Below are positions 18,393 to 27,231 of a stretch of 64,000 nucleotides of DNA, one piece after another (positions within the stretch are counted from its first letter, which is position 1; every line of letters starts with the position of its first letter). Source of the stretch: an uncultured Solirubrobacteraceae bacterium (lineage in GTDB: Bacteria > Actinomycetota > Thermoleophilia > Solirubrobacterales > Solirubrobacteraceae); assembly GCA_963800905.1 (NCBI GenBank), contig CAWDCT010000009.1, positions 80,681-144,680 on the forward strand, read 5' to 3'. Under the pieces are notes generated by a model. It was not told the DNA's origin, did no database searches, and saw only the letters and a list, made by a program, of their open reading frames with translations. The position numbers and the translations under genes were made by a program.

Positions 18393-19413
18393 CGGCGTGC
18401 CCGATCTCCCAGCGGTCGTCGGACCGCGCGCGCTCGGTGTTCTGCTCGAGCGCGACGATCCTCGCCCCACCCTGGAGCTCGATGATCACCTGCGTCGCCG
18501 TCCCGACGTAGACGCGCTCGGCGACGGTGCCGGGGATCCTGACCATGGCGTCGGTGAGCTCGTCGAGCACGATCTTCTCCGGCCGCACGGAGAGCTGCAC
18601 GGTGGTGCCGTTCGCCGCATCGCCGGGCACCTTCGCCACGCAGTGCGCGCCGTTCGCGAGCCGCACGCCGCCGTCGTCGACCGTCCCCTCCATCAGGTTG
18701 GAGATGCCGATGAAGCCGGCCACGAACGGCTTCGCCGGCCGCTCGTAGACCTCCTCGGGCGACCCGCACTGCTCGACGACGCCGCCGTCCATGACCGCGA
18801 TCCGGTCGGACATCGCGAGCGCCTCCTCCTGGTCGTGCGTGACGTACAGGAAGGTGATGCCGACCTCGCGCTGGATCTCCTTGAGCTCGACCTGCATCTG
18901 GCGCCGCAGCTTGAGGTCGAGCGCGCCGAGCGGCTCGTCGAGCAGCAGCACCGCCGGGCGGTTCACCAGAGCACGGGCCAGGGCCACGCGCTGGCGCTGG
19001 CCACCTGAGAGCTGCCACGGCTTCGACTTCTCGCGCCCGGTGAGCTGCACCAGCTCGAGCGACTCCTTCACCCGCTCGGCGATCTCCTCCTTCGCCACCT
19101 TGCGGCGCTTGAGCCCGAAGGCGACGTTGCCCACGACGTCGAGGTGGTCGAACAGCGCGTAGCTCTGGAAGACCGTGTTGACGTTGCGCTTGTACGGCGC
19201 CACGCCGGCGACCGGCTCGCCGTCGAGGAAGATCTGCCCCTCGCTCGGCTGCTCGAAGCCGGCGACCATCCGCAGCGTCGTCGTCTTGCCGCAGCCGGAC
19301 GGCCCGAGCAGCGAGAAGAACTCGCCCTGGCGGATCGTCAGCTCGAGCCCGTCGACGGCGGTCGTGTCGCCGAACCGCTTGCTCACGCCCTCGAAGCGCA
19401 CCGCGTCGGTCAT
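18349..19413 (-). CDS. potA: Polyamine-type ABC importer, ATP-binding subunit
   Basis: Start MTDAVRFEGVSKRF at 19413. Walker A GPSGCGKTT, signature [15 protein letters not shown], Walker B LLLDEPLGALD, C-terminal TOBE-like domain. Single intact frame. ATGA overlap with potC. Confidence 0.9.
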   Translation of the reverse strand: MTDAVRFEGVSKRFGDTTAVDGLELTIRQGEFFSLLGPSGCGKTTTLRMVAGFEQPSEGQIFLDGEPVAGVAPYKRNVNTVFQSYALFDHLDVVGNVAFGLKRRKVAKEEIAERVKESLELVQLTGREKSKPWQLSGGQRQRVALARALVNRPAVLLLDEPLGALDLKLRRQMQVELKEIQREVGITFLYVTHDQEEALAMSDRIAVMDGGVVEQCGSPEEVYERPAKPFVAGFIGISNLMEGTVDDGGVRLANGAHCVAKVPGDAANGTTVQLSVRPEKIVLDELTDAMVRIPGTVAERVYVGTATQVIIELQGGARIVALEQNTERARSDDRWEIGHAVTVGWLPEHSLVLR

Positions 19414-20177
19414 GTCGTCTTCCGCTCCCTCTGAAGCACCAGCGCCGCCGCCACGGCGGCCAGCGAGATCACCAGCATCAAGGTCCCGATCGCGTTGATC
19501 GTCGGCGTGACGCCGAACCGGATCGCCGACCAGATCCGCACCGGCAGCGGCTGGGGCGACTCGCCGGTGGTGAAGTAGCTGAGCACGAAGTCGTCGAAGC
19601 TCAGCGCGAAGATGAGCAGGCCGGCGGCGAGGATGGCCGGCCACAGCGCCGGCAGCACGACGAGCCGCAGCGTCTGGATGCGACTGGCGCCGAGGTCCAT
19701 CGCCGCCTGCTCGACCTCCGGGTTCAGCGAGGACAGCCGCGCCCGCACCACCACGGTCACGTACGAGATCGAGAACGTGATGTGGGCGATGATGATCGTC
19801 AGCAGCGACAGCCGCAGGCCGACCTGCGTGAACAGCAGGAACGCGGACACGCCGGCCACGATCTCCGGCGTCACGAGCGGGATCAGCATCAGCACGTTCG
19901 CGCTACCGGAAAACCGCGTGCGCGCGCGCACGAGGCCGAAGGCCAGCAGCGTGCCGAGCACGGTGGCCACGATCATCGTCGCGAGCGCGATCTCGAGGCT
20001 GGCGATCAGCGACCCGCGCAGCGACTCGCTGTCCCAGAACGCCCGGTACCACTCGAGGCTGAAGCCGTTGAAGTTCTGGACCGAGCGCACGTTGTTGAAC
20101 GAGAACAGCACCACCACCACGAGCGGCGTGAACATGAACGCGTAGAACGCGGCGGTGTAGAGCCTGAGCGCCCTCAT
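19410..20177 (-). CDS. potC: Polyamine-type ABC importer, permease subunit
   Basis: MRALRLYTAAFYAFMFTPLVVVVLFSF...; EAA-loop region EQAAMDLGASRIQTLRLVVLPALWPAI. Intact. ATGA overlaps at both ends. Confidence 0.9.
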   Translation of the reverse strand: MRALRLYTAAFYAFMFTPLVVVVLFSFNNVRSVQNFNGFSLEWYRAFWDSESLRGSLIASLEIALATMIVATVLGTLLAFGLVRARTRFSGSANVLMLIPLVTPEIVAGVSAFLLFTQVGLRLSLLTIIIAHITFSISYVTVVVRARLSSLNPEVEQAAMDLGASRIQTLRLVVLPALWPAILAAGLLIFALSFDDFVLSYFTTGESPQPLPVRIWSAIRFGVTPTINAIGTLMLVISLAAVAAALVLQRERKTT

Positions 20178-21016
20178 GACCGCACGTCGCGTGCCGCCGC
20201 GCGCAGGTAGAAGACCATGAAGACGAGCAGGAACAGCATCATCACGACGGTCAGCGCGCCGCCGAACGGCCAGTCCTCGGCGCCGAAGAACTGCTGCTGG
20301 ATCAGGTTGCCGATCATGTAGGTCTCCGGCCCGCCGAGCAGCTGCGCGGCGACGAAGTCGCCGACCGCGGGCAGGAACACGAGCACCGAGCCGGCCAGCA
20401 CGCCCTGGAAGGTCGTCGGCCAGGTCACGTGGACGAACGTGCGCCACTCGCTGCCGTAGAGGTCCTTGCCCGCCTCGATCAGCGCCGGGTCCATCCGATC
20501 GAGCGCCGCGTAGACGGGCAGGATCATGAACGCCAGGTAGCCGTAGACGAGCCCGAGGATCACCGCCCACGGCGTGTTGAGGAAGCGGATCGACTCGCCC
20601 AGCAGGCCGTTGATGACGCCCTCGTCGGACAGCAGCGCGACCCAGGCGTACGTGCGGATCAGGTAGTTGACGAAGAACGGCAGCACCACCAAGGCGATCA
20701 GCACCTGCTTGCGCCGCCCCCCGAACCGCGCGATGTAGTACGCGACCGGGTAGCCGAGCAGCAGGCAGAGCGCCACCGTCGCCAGCGCGTACCCGACCGA
20801 GCGCAGGAGCACCGGCAGGAACAGCGTGTCGAAGACGCGCGAGTAGTTCTCCGGGTACCAGCCGTAGAGCGCTCCGCCCAGCTCGGCCGGCGTGCCGAAC
20901 GACACGAGGATGACGAGCGTGAACGGCGCCAGGAAGAAGACCAGCAGCCAGAAGCCGCCGGGGATCAGGGCGCGGGCCGCGAAGCGGCCGCTCAGCCCGC
21001 CTTGATCTCCGTCCAC
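20174..21016 (-). CDS. potB: Polyamine-type ABC importer, permease subunit
   Basis: ...RFAARALIPGGFWLLVFFLAPFTLVILVSF...IEAGKDLYGSEWRTFVHVTWPTT.... Intact frame (part of ORF 20174..21595). The GTG 21016 start is my guess; it overlaps the potD 3' end. Confidence 0.85.
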   Translation of the reverse strand: MDGDQGGLSGRFAARALIPGGFWLLVFFLAPFTLVILVSFGTPAELGGALYGWYPENYSRVFDTLFLPVLLRSVGYALATVALCLLLGYPVAYYIARFGGRRKQVLIALVVLPFFVNYLIRTYAWVALLSDEGVINGLLGESIRFLNTPWAVILGLVYGYLAFMILPVYAALDRMDPALIEAGKDLYGSEWRTFVHVTWPTTFQGVLAGSVLVFLPAVGDFVAAQLLGGPETYMIGNLIQQQFFGAEDWPFGGALTVVMMLFLLVFMVFYLRAAARDVRS

Positions 21017-22100
21017 GTCTGATCCCAGAGTCGCCGTCCCTGCACGCCGAGGTCGCCGAACTGCTGACCGGTCTGAAGGTCCTCGACGGTCACGTTGATC
21101 GCCGGGTCGTCCTTCACGAGGGCGGCGAACGCCTCGTCGGGGCCGGTGTAGGGCATCGGATAGCCCATGTACTGGATGTTCTTCGCCGCGTTCTCGGCCT
21201 CGAGGATGAAGTTGATGAACGTGAGCGCCGTGCCGGGATGCTCGGCGTTGGCGGGGATGGCGAAGCAGTCGCTGCCGAGCGGGATGCCCTCGGCGCACTT
21301 CTGGAACGTGAAGTTCTCCGGCGTGTCGGCCTGGTTGCGGACGTTCACCACGTCGCCGTTCCAGCCGTGGTGGATCCACGCGTTGCCGGAGATCATGTTC
21401 TGGATGTCGTCGGTCGAGAAGCCGCGCATCTTCGGCTTCAGGCCGAGCGCCCACTCCTTGGCGGCCTCCACGTCGGCCTCGTCGACCGAGTTCAGCTCGG
21501 CGCCGTTGACGAGGTTGCCGGCGCCGATCACCTCCTGGAAGTCGTCGAGCAGGTAGGCGCGGCCATCGGCCGACGGGTTGCCCATGTCGTTCCACGAGCC
21601 CGTCATGTCGCTGATCTTGTCGGCGCGATAGATGATCCCGGTGGCGTACATCGTGTACGGGATCGTGTGGTCGCCCTCCGGGTCGTACCAGGGCGCGGCG
21701 AAGGAGTCATAGACCGCGCGGCGTTGGGGAGCTGCTCGACGTCGAAGCGCATGAGCTGGTTGGCCTTGCGCAGGCGGTCGACCCACTCCGCGGTGGGGAA
21801 GATCACGTCGTAGCGGTTGCCCGAGCGGAGCTTGGCCATCATGCCCTGCATCGAGTCGAAGTTCGACTCGCGGACCTTGACGCCGTACTCCTTCTCGAAC
21901 GCCTTGATCAGCTTCGGCTCCATGTACTCCGACCAGTTGAAGTAGACGAGGTCGCCGTCGGGCACGGCCTTGACGACCTGCTCGGCCGGGGCCGGAGCCG
22001 CCTCCTCCTGGAGGCCGACGCCGCAGCCGGCGAACGTCGCGCCGAGCGCGAGCCCGCCACCCGCTCGGAGCAGCTCACGCCGGCTCCACTGTTCCTTCAT
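20992..22100 (-). pseudogene. potD: Polyamine-type ABC importer, periplasmic substrate-binding lipoprotein; 1 frameshift near 21725
   Basis: MKEQWSRRELLRAGGGLALGATFAGCG (Tat/lipobox-like) ...DLVYFNWSEYMEPKLIKAFEKEYGVKV... (ORF 21603..22100), then ...YDSFAAPWYDPEGDHTIPYTMYATGIIYRADK...AWIHHGWNGDVV...GSDCFAIPANAEHPGTALTFINFIL... (ORF 20992..21786). Confidence 0.85.
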
Positions 22101-22684
22101 TCTCCACTCCCCTCATCGCCAGTCCGCAGGCAGTGCCGCCGCACCAGATCCGTCGTCACGGCGGGATCGCCCAGCGCGAGCTGGATCGCGTACCCGTCCA
22201 TCAGCGCCCCCAGCAGGAGCGCCAGGTCGTCGGCGTCGTCCCCTCCGAACTCGCCGCTCGCCTGGCCCTCGCGGATCACCTCCGCGAGCGCCTCGCGCCA
22301 GCGGCGGTCCAGCCGCTCGCGCGTCTCCGCCAGCTTCGGGTCGCGCAGCGAGCGCACCCACAGCTCCATCCACAGCACGGTCTCCGCGTCGCCGTCCGAC
22401 GGCCACTGCTCGACCATCCGGGCGAGCCGCTCCGTCGCGGTCCCCAGTCCTTCGAGCTCGTCGGTCAGCGTGTCGTAGAAGCGGTCGTCGGAGAAGGTCA
22501 GCGCCTCGGCCAGCAGCGCGTCCTTGGTCGGGAACCAGTAGAGGACCCCCGGGGCGCTGGTGCCCGCGCGCTCCGCGACGTCGCTGATGCGCGTGTTCTG
22601 GACGCCGCGCTCGGAGATGACCTCCGCGGCGGCGGTCAGGATGGCCGGCCGGCGCACGTGCGCGGTCGACGGCCGTGGGCTCAA
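22097..22684 (-). CDS. TetR/AcrR-family transcriptional regulator
   Basis: TTG 22684 is preceded by GGAGAA. HTH region ILTAAAEVISERGVQNTRISDVAERAGTSAPGVLYWFPTKDALLAEAL. Its stop overlaps the potD ATG (ATGA at 22097-22100). Confidence 0.85.
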   Translation of the reverse strand: MSPRPSTAHVRRPAILTAAAEVISERGVQNTRISDVAERAGTSAPGVLYWFPTKDALLAEALTFSDDRFYDTLTDELEGLGTATERLARMVEQWPSDGDAETVLWMELWVRSLRDPKLAETRERLDRRWREALAEVIREGQASGEFGGDDADDLALLLGALMDGYAIQLALGDPAVTTDLVRRHCLRTGDEGSGE

Positions 22685-22713
22685 GGGGTTCTCCGAACGG
22701 CGATTCAGGAAAC

Positions 22714-23250
22714 CTACTGTGGGGTCGGGACGGGCGCAAGCGCCGCCCAGACCTCCTCGCGCGCTCGTTGCAGCGGCATGGCCGGGTCGCCGAGCAGCGC
22801 ACGCACGCCGTAGCCGTCGATCAGGGCGAGGATGCGATCGGCGGTCGCGGCGGCGTCGGCGGTCGGGAGCTCCTCCTCGATCGCCTCCCTGAACCACTCG
22901 TGCATGCGCGCGTAGAGCTGCGCGGCGGTCGGCCTGAGCTCGGGGTGGCGGACGGCCCGCAGCCACAGCTCGACCCACAGCACCCAGTCCTGCTCCTGCT
23001 CGCCGGGGAGCGGCAGGCACTGGTCGATCATGTCCCGCAGGCGCTGGGGACCTTCGGTGCGGGTGTCGCCGGCGCGGTAGAAAGAGTGCTCGAGCGCCTC
23101 GGCGAGCAGGGCCTCGCGCGTCTCGAAGTGGTAGTGGATCAGGGCGGTCGAGACGCCGGCGTCCATCGCGATGCGCGCGATCCGCACCGCGTCGATCCCG
23201 TCGGCGGCGATCCGCTGGATCGCCGCGTCGAGGATCCGCTCGCGGCTCAT
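22714..23250 (-). CDS. TetR/AcrR-family transcriptional regulator (second, tandem)
   Basis: MSRERILDAAIQRIAADGIDAVRIARIAMDAGVSTALIHYHFETREALLAEAL.... The ATG at 23250 overlaps the Rieske gene stop (ATGA). Confidence 0.85.
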   Translation of the reverse strand: MSRERILDAAIQRIAADGIDAVRIARIAMDAGVSTALIHYHFETREALLAEALEHSFYRAGDTRTEGPQRLRDMIDQCLPLPGEQEQDWVLWVELWLRAVRHPELRPTAAQLYARMHEWFREAIEEELPTADAAATADRILALIDGYGVRALLGDPAMPLQRAREEVWAALAPVPTPQ

Positions 23251-24368
23251 CTGAGATAGCCCTCCGCGACCATGCGGTCGAAGTCGTGCACCGTGCCCTC
23301 GACCTGCGTGAAGCGGCCGGGCGTGTAGCCGGCCGAGCCGAGGCCGAGCTGCGCGAGCTCGCAGACGCCCCAGTCCTGGCGGTTGACGAGATCCCAGAAG
23401 TCGACCGCGTCCTTGGAGTCGAACCCCTCGCGCTCCATCGTCTCGGGCTCGAAGAACCACTCGCACACGACCTCGGTGCGGCCGGCCCCGCGCGGCCACA
23501 GCGTGTGCAGCATCACGTAGTCCGGGTGCAGCGAGACGAGGCAGTTCGGGAAGATCGCGAAGTACAGGACCTTGCGCGGGTCGACCCCCTCGATCACCGG
23601 CCGGGTGAGGCCGCCGTTGTTGGTCGTCATCGTCTCGGCGCCGGCGTTGAGGCTCATCGAGCCGCCGCACCAGGCGCCCGCGCCCTCGTAGTCGTGCCCG
23701 GTCATGTAGTTGCTGAGGCGGTTGAGCTCCGGGTGCACGCCCGGGCAGTGCAGGCACTCGGAGTAGTTCTCGACGACCGCCTTCCAGTTCGCCTTGACGT
23801 CGTAGTCGATCCGGGCGGCGCGCTTGAGGCCGGCGTTGCGGTATGCCTCCAGGTGCTCCGCGAGCGCGCCGATGTGGTCGGCGAGCGGCGGCGCCTGGCC
23901 CGAGGCGTCCGCGAACACGAGGCCGCCGAGCGTCTCCGTGCGGATCTCCCGAAGGCCGTTGCAGGCCGGGTCGAAGTCCGTCAGCTCGTCGGTGTGCGGG
24001 GCGTTCTTGAGCGAGCCGTCGAAGCCGTAGGTCCAGGCGTGGTACGGGCACTGGAGGCGGCGCTTGGTTCCCTCGCGCTCGGTGACCAGCCGCGAGCCGC
24101 GGTGGCGGCAGACGTTGTAGAAGCCCTTGTCGCCCACGAACAGCAGGCTCTCGCCCGCGATCTCGGCCGTCAGGAAGTCGCCGCGGCCCGCGAAGGCCGA
24201 CGCGTGGCCGACGCACATCCAGCCGCCGAGGAAGAAGTTGCGGGCCTCCCACTCGGCGACGGCCTCGTCGGTGTAGGCGCGCGCGGGGAGCAGGGACGCC
24301 TCGTGCAGCGGGCGCAGGGTGGGCTCGAGCTCTTCGGCCGTGAACGGCGCGTCGGTCGCAACGGTCAT
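23247..24368 (-). CDS. Rieske [2Fe-2S] non-haem-iron oxygenase, alpha-subunit type (GbcA/CntA/choline-monooxygenase-like group)
   Basis: ORF 23247..24368 (373 aa), intact. Rieske motif CRHRGSRL...CPYHAWTY. Catalytic-domain motif NYSECLHCPGVHPEL. No beta subunit or reductase is adjacent. Confidence 0.9.
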   Translation of the reverse strand: MTVATDAPFTAEELEPTLRPLHEASLLPARAYTDEAVAEWEARNFFLGGWMCVGHASAFAGRGDFLTAEIAGESLLFVGDKGFYNVCRHRGSRLVTEREGTKRRLQCPYHAWTYGFDGSLKNAPHTDELTDFDPACNGLREIRTETLGGLVFADASGQAPPLADHIGALAEHLEAYRNAGLKRAARIDYDVKANWKAVVENYSECLHCPGVHPELNRLSNYMTGHDYEGAGAWCGGSMSLNAGAETMTTNNGGLTRPVIEGVDPRKVLYFAIFPNCLVSLHPDYVMLHTLWPRGAGRTEVVCEWFFEPETMEREGFDSKDAVDFWDLVNRQDWGVCELAQLGLGSAGYTPGRFTQVEGTVHDFDRMVAEGYLR

Positions 24369-24376
24369 GGGCGGCA

Positions 24377-24404
24377 GACTACAACTTCGTGCAATTGACT
24401 ACAA
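24377..24404. promoter_or_regulatory. Candidate operator in the divergent Rieske / FAD-oxidoreductase promoter region
   Basis: Direct repeat GACTACAA at 24377-24384 and 24397-24404 (20-nt spacing), in the most AT-rich part of the 63-nt intergenic region between ATG 24368 (-) and ATG 24432 (+). Two TetR genes lie in the operon. Confidence 0.3.
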
Positions 24405-24431
24405 GGTCAGGATTGCGTAGGGTGCCGGGGC

Positions 24432-26079
24432 ATGAGCAGCAATGGACATCACCCGACCTTCGACGCGATCGTCGTCGGCGGCGGCCACAACGGCCTCACC
24501 GCCGCTGCCTACCTCGCCCGCGCGGGCCTGCGCGTGTGCGTGCTGGAACGCCGCGACATCCTCGGCGGCGCGTGCGTGACCGAGGAGGTGTGGCCCGGCC
24601 ACCGCGTCTCGCGCGCCTCCTACGTGGTCTCGCTGCTGCATCCCAAGGTGGTCGACGAGCTCGAGCTCAAGCGGTTCGGGTACGAGGTCCACCCGCTCGA
24701 CCCCGCCTACTCGACGTTCCCCGCGGACGGGCCGCCGCTGTTCTTCTTCAACGACGAGGCGGCGACCATCGAATCGCTGCGCCGGCACTCGCCGCGCGAC
24801 GCCGAGGCTTACCCGAAGTTCCAGCGCGATGATCGAGCGGATCGCCGAGTTCCTGCGCCCGATGATGCTGCGGCCGCCGCCCGCGCTGCGGCTCGCGCCA
24901 CCCGGGCGATCTCCTCGAGCCTGCTGCGCGAGGCCGGCCGCGCCGCCGGCCTGAGCCGGCGCGACCTGCAGGACTTCTACCGCGTGATGACGATGTCGGT
25001 CGGCGACCTGCTCGACGACTGGTTCGAGCACGACGCCTTCAAGGGCGCGTTCGCGTCGACCGGCGTGGTCGGCGTCTGGGCCGGCCCGCGCACGCCCGGT
25101 ACGGCCTACAACCTGCTCCACCACGAGCTCGGGGAGATCGACGGCGTGCCGGGGCTGTGGGGGCACGTGAAGGGCGGCATGGGCGCGATCTCGATGGCGA
25201 TCGCGCGCAGCGCCGAGGCCGCCGGCGCGACGATCCGCACCGGCGCCTCGGTGGTCTCGATCGACGTCGACGGCGGCCACACCGTCGGCGTCACGCTGGA
25301 CACGCGGCGAGCAGCTGCGGGCGCCGGTCGTCATGTCCGGCGCGCACCCGAAGACCACGGTGCTCGACATGGTCGGCGCCGAGCACTTCCCCGACGAGGT
25401 GGTCGAGGACATGCGCCGCTACAAGACGCGCGGCGGCTCGGTCAAGGTCAACTGGGTGCTCTCGGAGCCGCCGCGCTACGAGGGCGTGAGCGACGAGGAC
25501 CAGGCGCGGCTGATCCGCTCGGGCGTGGCGTTCTGCCCGTCGATCGACTACCTCGAGCGCGCGTGGCAGGACGCGTGCCGCGGCGTGCCGTCGGAGGCGC
25601 CGTACCTCGAGGTCGAGTGCCCGTCGTCGATCGACTCGACGCTGACCGACGACGGCACCTTCGTGATGACGATGTTCACGCAGTACGGGCCGTACGACGA
25701 GGCCGGCTGGCCCGAGGGCTCGCGCGAGGCGTACGCCGACCGCTGCCTGGAGATCCTCGCCGAGCGCGCGCCGAACGTGCGCGACGCGGTCATCCACCGC
25801 GAGGTGCTGGCGCCGCCGGACCTCGAGCGCATCTTCGGCCTCGTCGGCGGCTCGATCTTCCAGGGCGAGCAGGGCCTGGACCAGATGGCGTTCATGCGGC
25901 CGACGCCGGCCCTGGCGCAGTACGCGACCCCGGTCGACGGGCTGTACCTGTGCGGCGCCGGGACGCACCCGGGCGGCGGCGTGATGGCGCTCGGCGGGCA
26001 CAACGCCGCGCAGCGGGTCCTGCACGACCAGCGCTGGCACCGCGCGCGGCGCCGCGTGCGGGAGGCTCTGCCGGTATGA
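24432..26079 (+). pseudogene. CrtI/phytoene-desaturase-family NAD(P)/FAD-dependent oxidoreductase (COG1233-like), paralog 1; about 4 frameshifts as given
   Basis: FDAIVVGGGHNGLTAAAYLARAGLRVCVLERRDILGGA (GxGxxG). MIERIAEFLRPMMLRPPPAL is present only in a second frame (about 24826-24905). ...GLWGHVKGGMGAISMAIA.... After about 25307 it continues in ORF 25333..26079 (...GGSIFQGEQGLDQMAFMRP...LYLCGAGTHPGGGVMALGGHNAA...). Confidence 0.8.
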
Positions 26080-27231
26080 CCGCGATCGCCCCCGACCTCG
26101 ACGTCGTCAGCCGCGCGCGCACGTTCGTCGAGGACGTGCTGATGCCGCTGGAGGAGAAGGCCGAGCGAGCCGGGGGCCGACTGCCGGAATCGGACGTCGA
26201 GCGGATCCGCTCGGCAGCCATCGGCCGCGGGTCTGGCGGGCGGGTCGCACGCACGCGAGCACGGAGGCCAAGGGCTGGTCGAAGCTCGAGTGGGTGCTGG
26301 TCGAGGAGCAGTACGGGCGCTCGACGAACGCACTCTCGTGGCACGTGCCGAGCGCCTACAACGTGCTGGCGTCCGGCACTGCCGAGCAGATCGACCGCTA
26401 CCTCCAGCCCGCCCTGCGCGGCGAGCTCCAGGACGCCTACGCGGTGACCGAGGCGAACGCGGGGTCCGACCCCTCGCAGATCTCGACCACCGCCGTGCGG
26501 CGCGACGGCGGCTGGGTCATCAACGGCGAGAAGTGGTTCGTCACCTACGGGCGACATCGCCGCGGTCTACATCGTGGTGGCGATCGCCGACGGGGGCGCC
26601 GACGCTGTTCCTCGTCGATCGCGCATGCGACGGCATCGAGGTGGTCGACGACCCGCCGTTCACGCACTCGTATCCGCACGGGCATCCGACGATCCGGTTC
26701 ACCGACGTGTTCGTGGGCGACGACGCGGTGATCGGCGGCGTCGGCGAGGGCGACGCGCTGCAGCGCGCCTGGTTCACCGAGGAGCGGATCGGGATCGCGG
26801 CGCGCGGCGTGGGCGCGATGTGGCGGCTGCTCGACGAGGCGACCGCCTGGGCGCTGTCGCGCGAGCAGGGCGGCTCGCGGATCATGGACTACCAGGGCGT
26901 GTCCTTCCCGCTGGCGGACTCGGCGGCCGACGCGGCCGCCGGGCGCGCGCTGACGCTGGAGGTCGCGCGGCTGGCCGACGAGGGCGCCGATCCGAAGGTC
27001 GTGCACGCCAAGGCGTCGATGGCGAAGCTGTTCGTGAGCGAGGCGGCGTACCGCTGCGCCGACCGCGCCGTGCAGGTGTTCGGCGGCCGCGGCTACATGC
27101 GGACCAACGTGGCCGAGCGGTTCCTGCGCGAGCTGCGGGTGGACCGCATCTGGGAGGGCACGAGCGAGATCCAGCGGCTGATCGTCGCGCGCGCGCTGGA
27201 GCGCCGCGGGGTGGAGCGGACGCTTCACTAG
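26076..27231 (+). pseudogene. Acyl-CoA dehydrogenase-family protein; about 3 frameshifts as given
   Basis: ATG 26076 overlaps the upstream stop (ATGA). MTAIAPDLDVVSRARTFVEDVLMPLE...; EWVLVEEQYGRSTNALSWH...AYAVTEANAGSDPSQISTTAVRRDGGWVINGEKWFVT (ORF 26294 frame); ...ERIGIAARGVGAMWRLLDEA...ASMAKLFVSEAAYRCADRAVQVFGGRGYM...RVDRIWEGTSEIQRLIVAR (ORF 26290..27231). Confidence 0.85.

Noticed and set aside
16598-18511. A 637-aa ORF on the plus strand spanning EamA, the repeat element and pgsA.
   Set aside because: It is a composite read-through. It contains the EamA protein in frame, then translates the repeat element and intergenic DNA, then part of PgsA. It is not a single gene.
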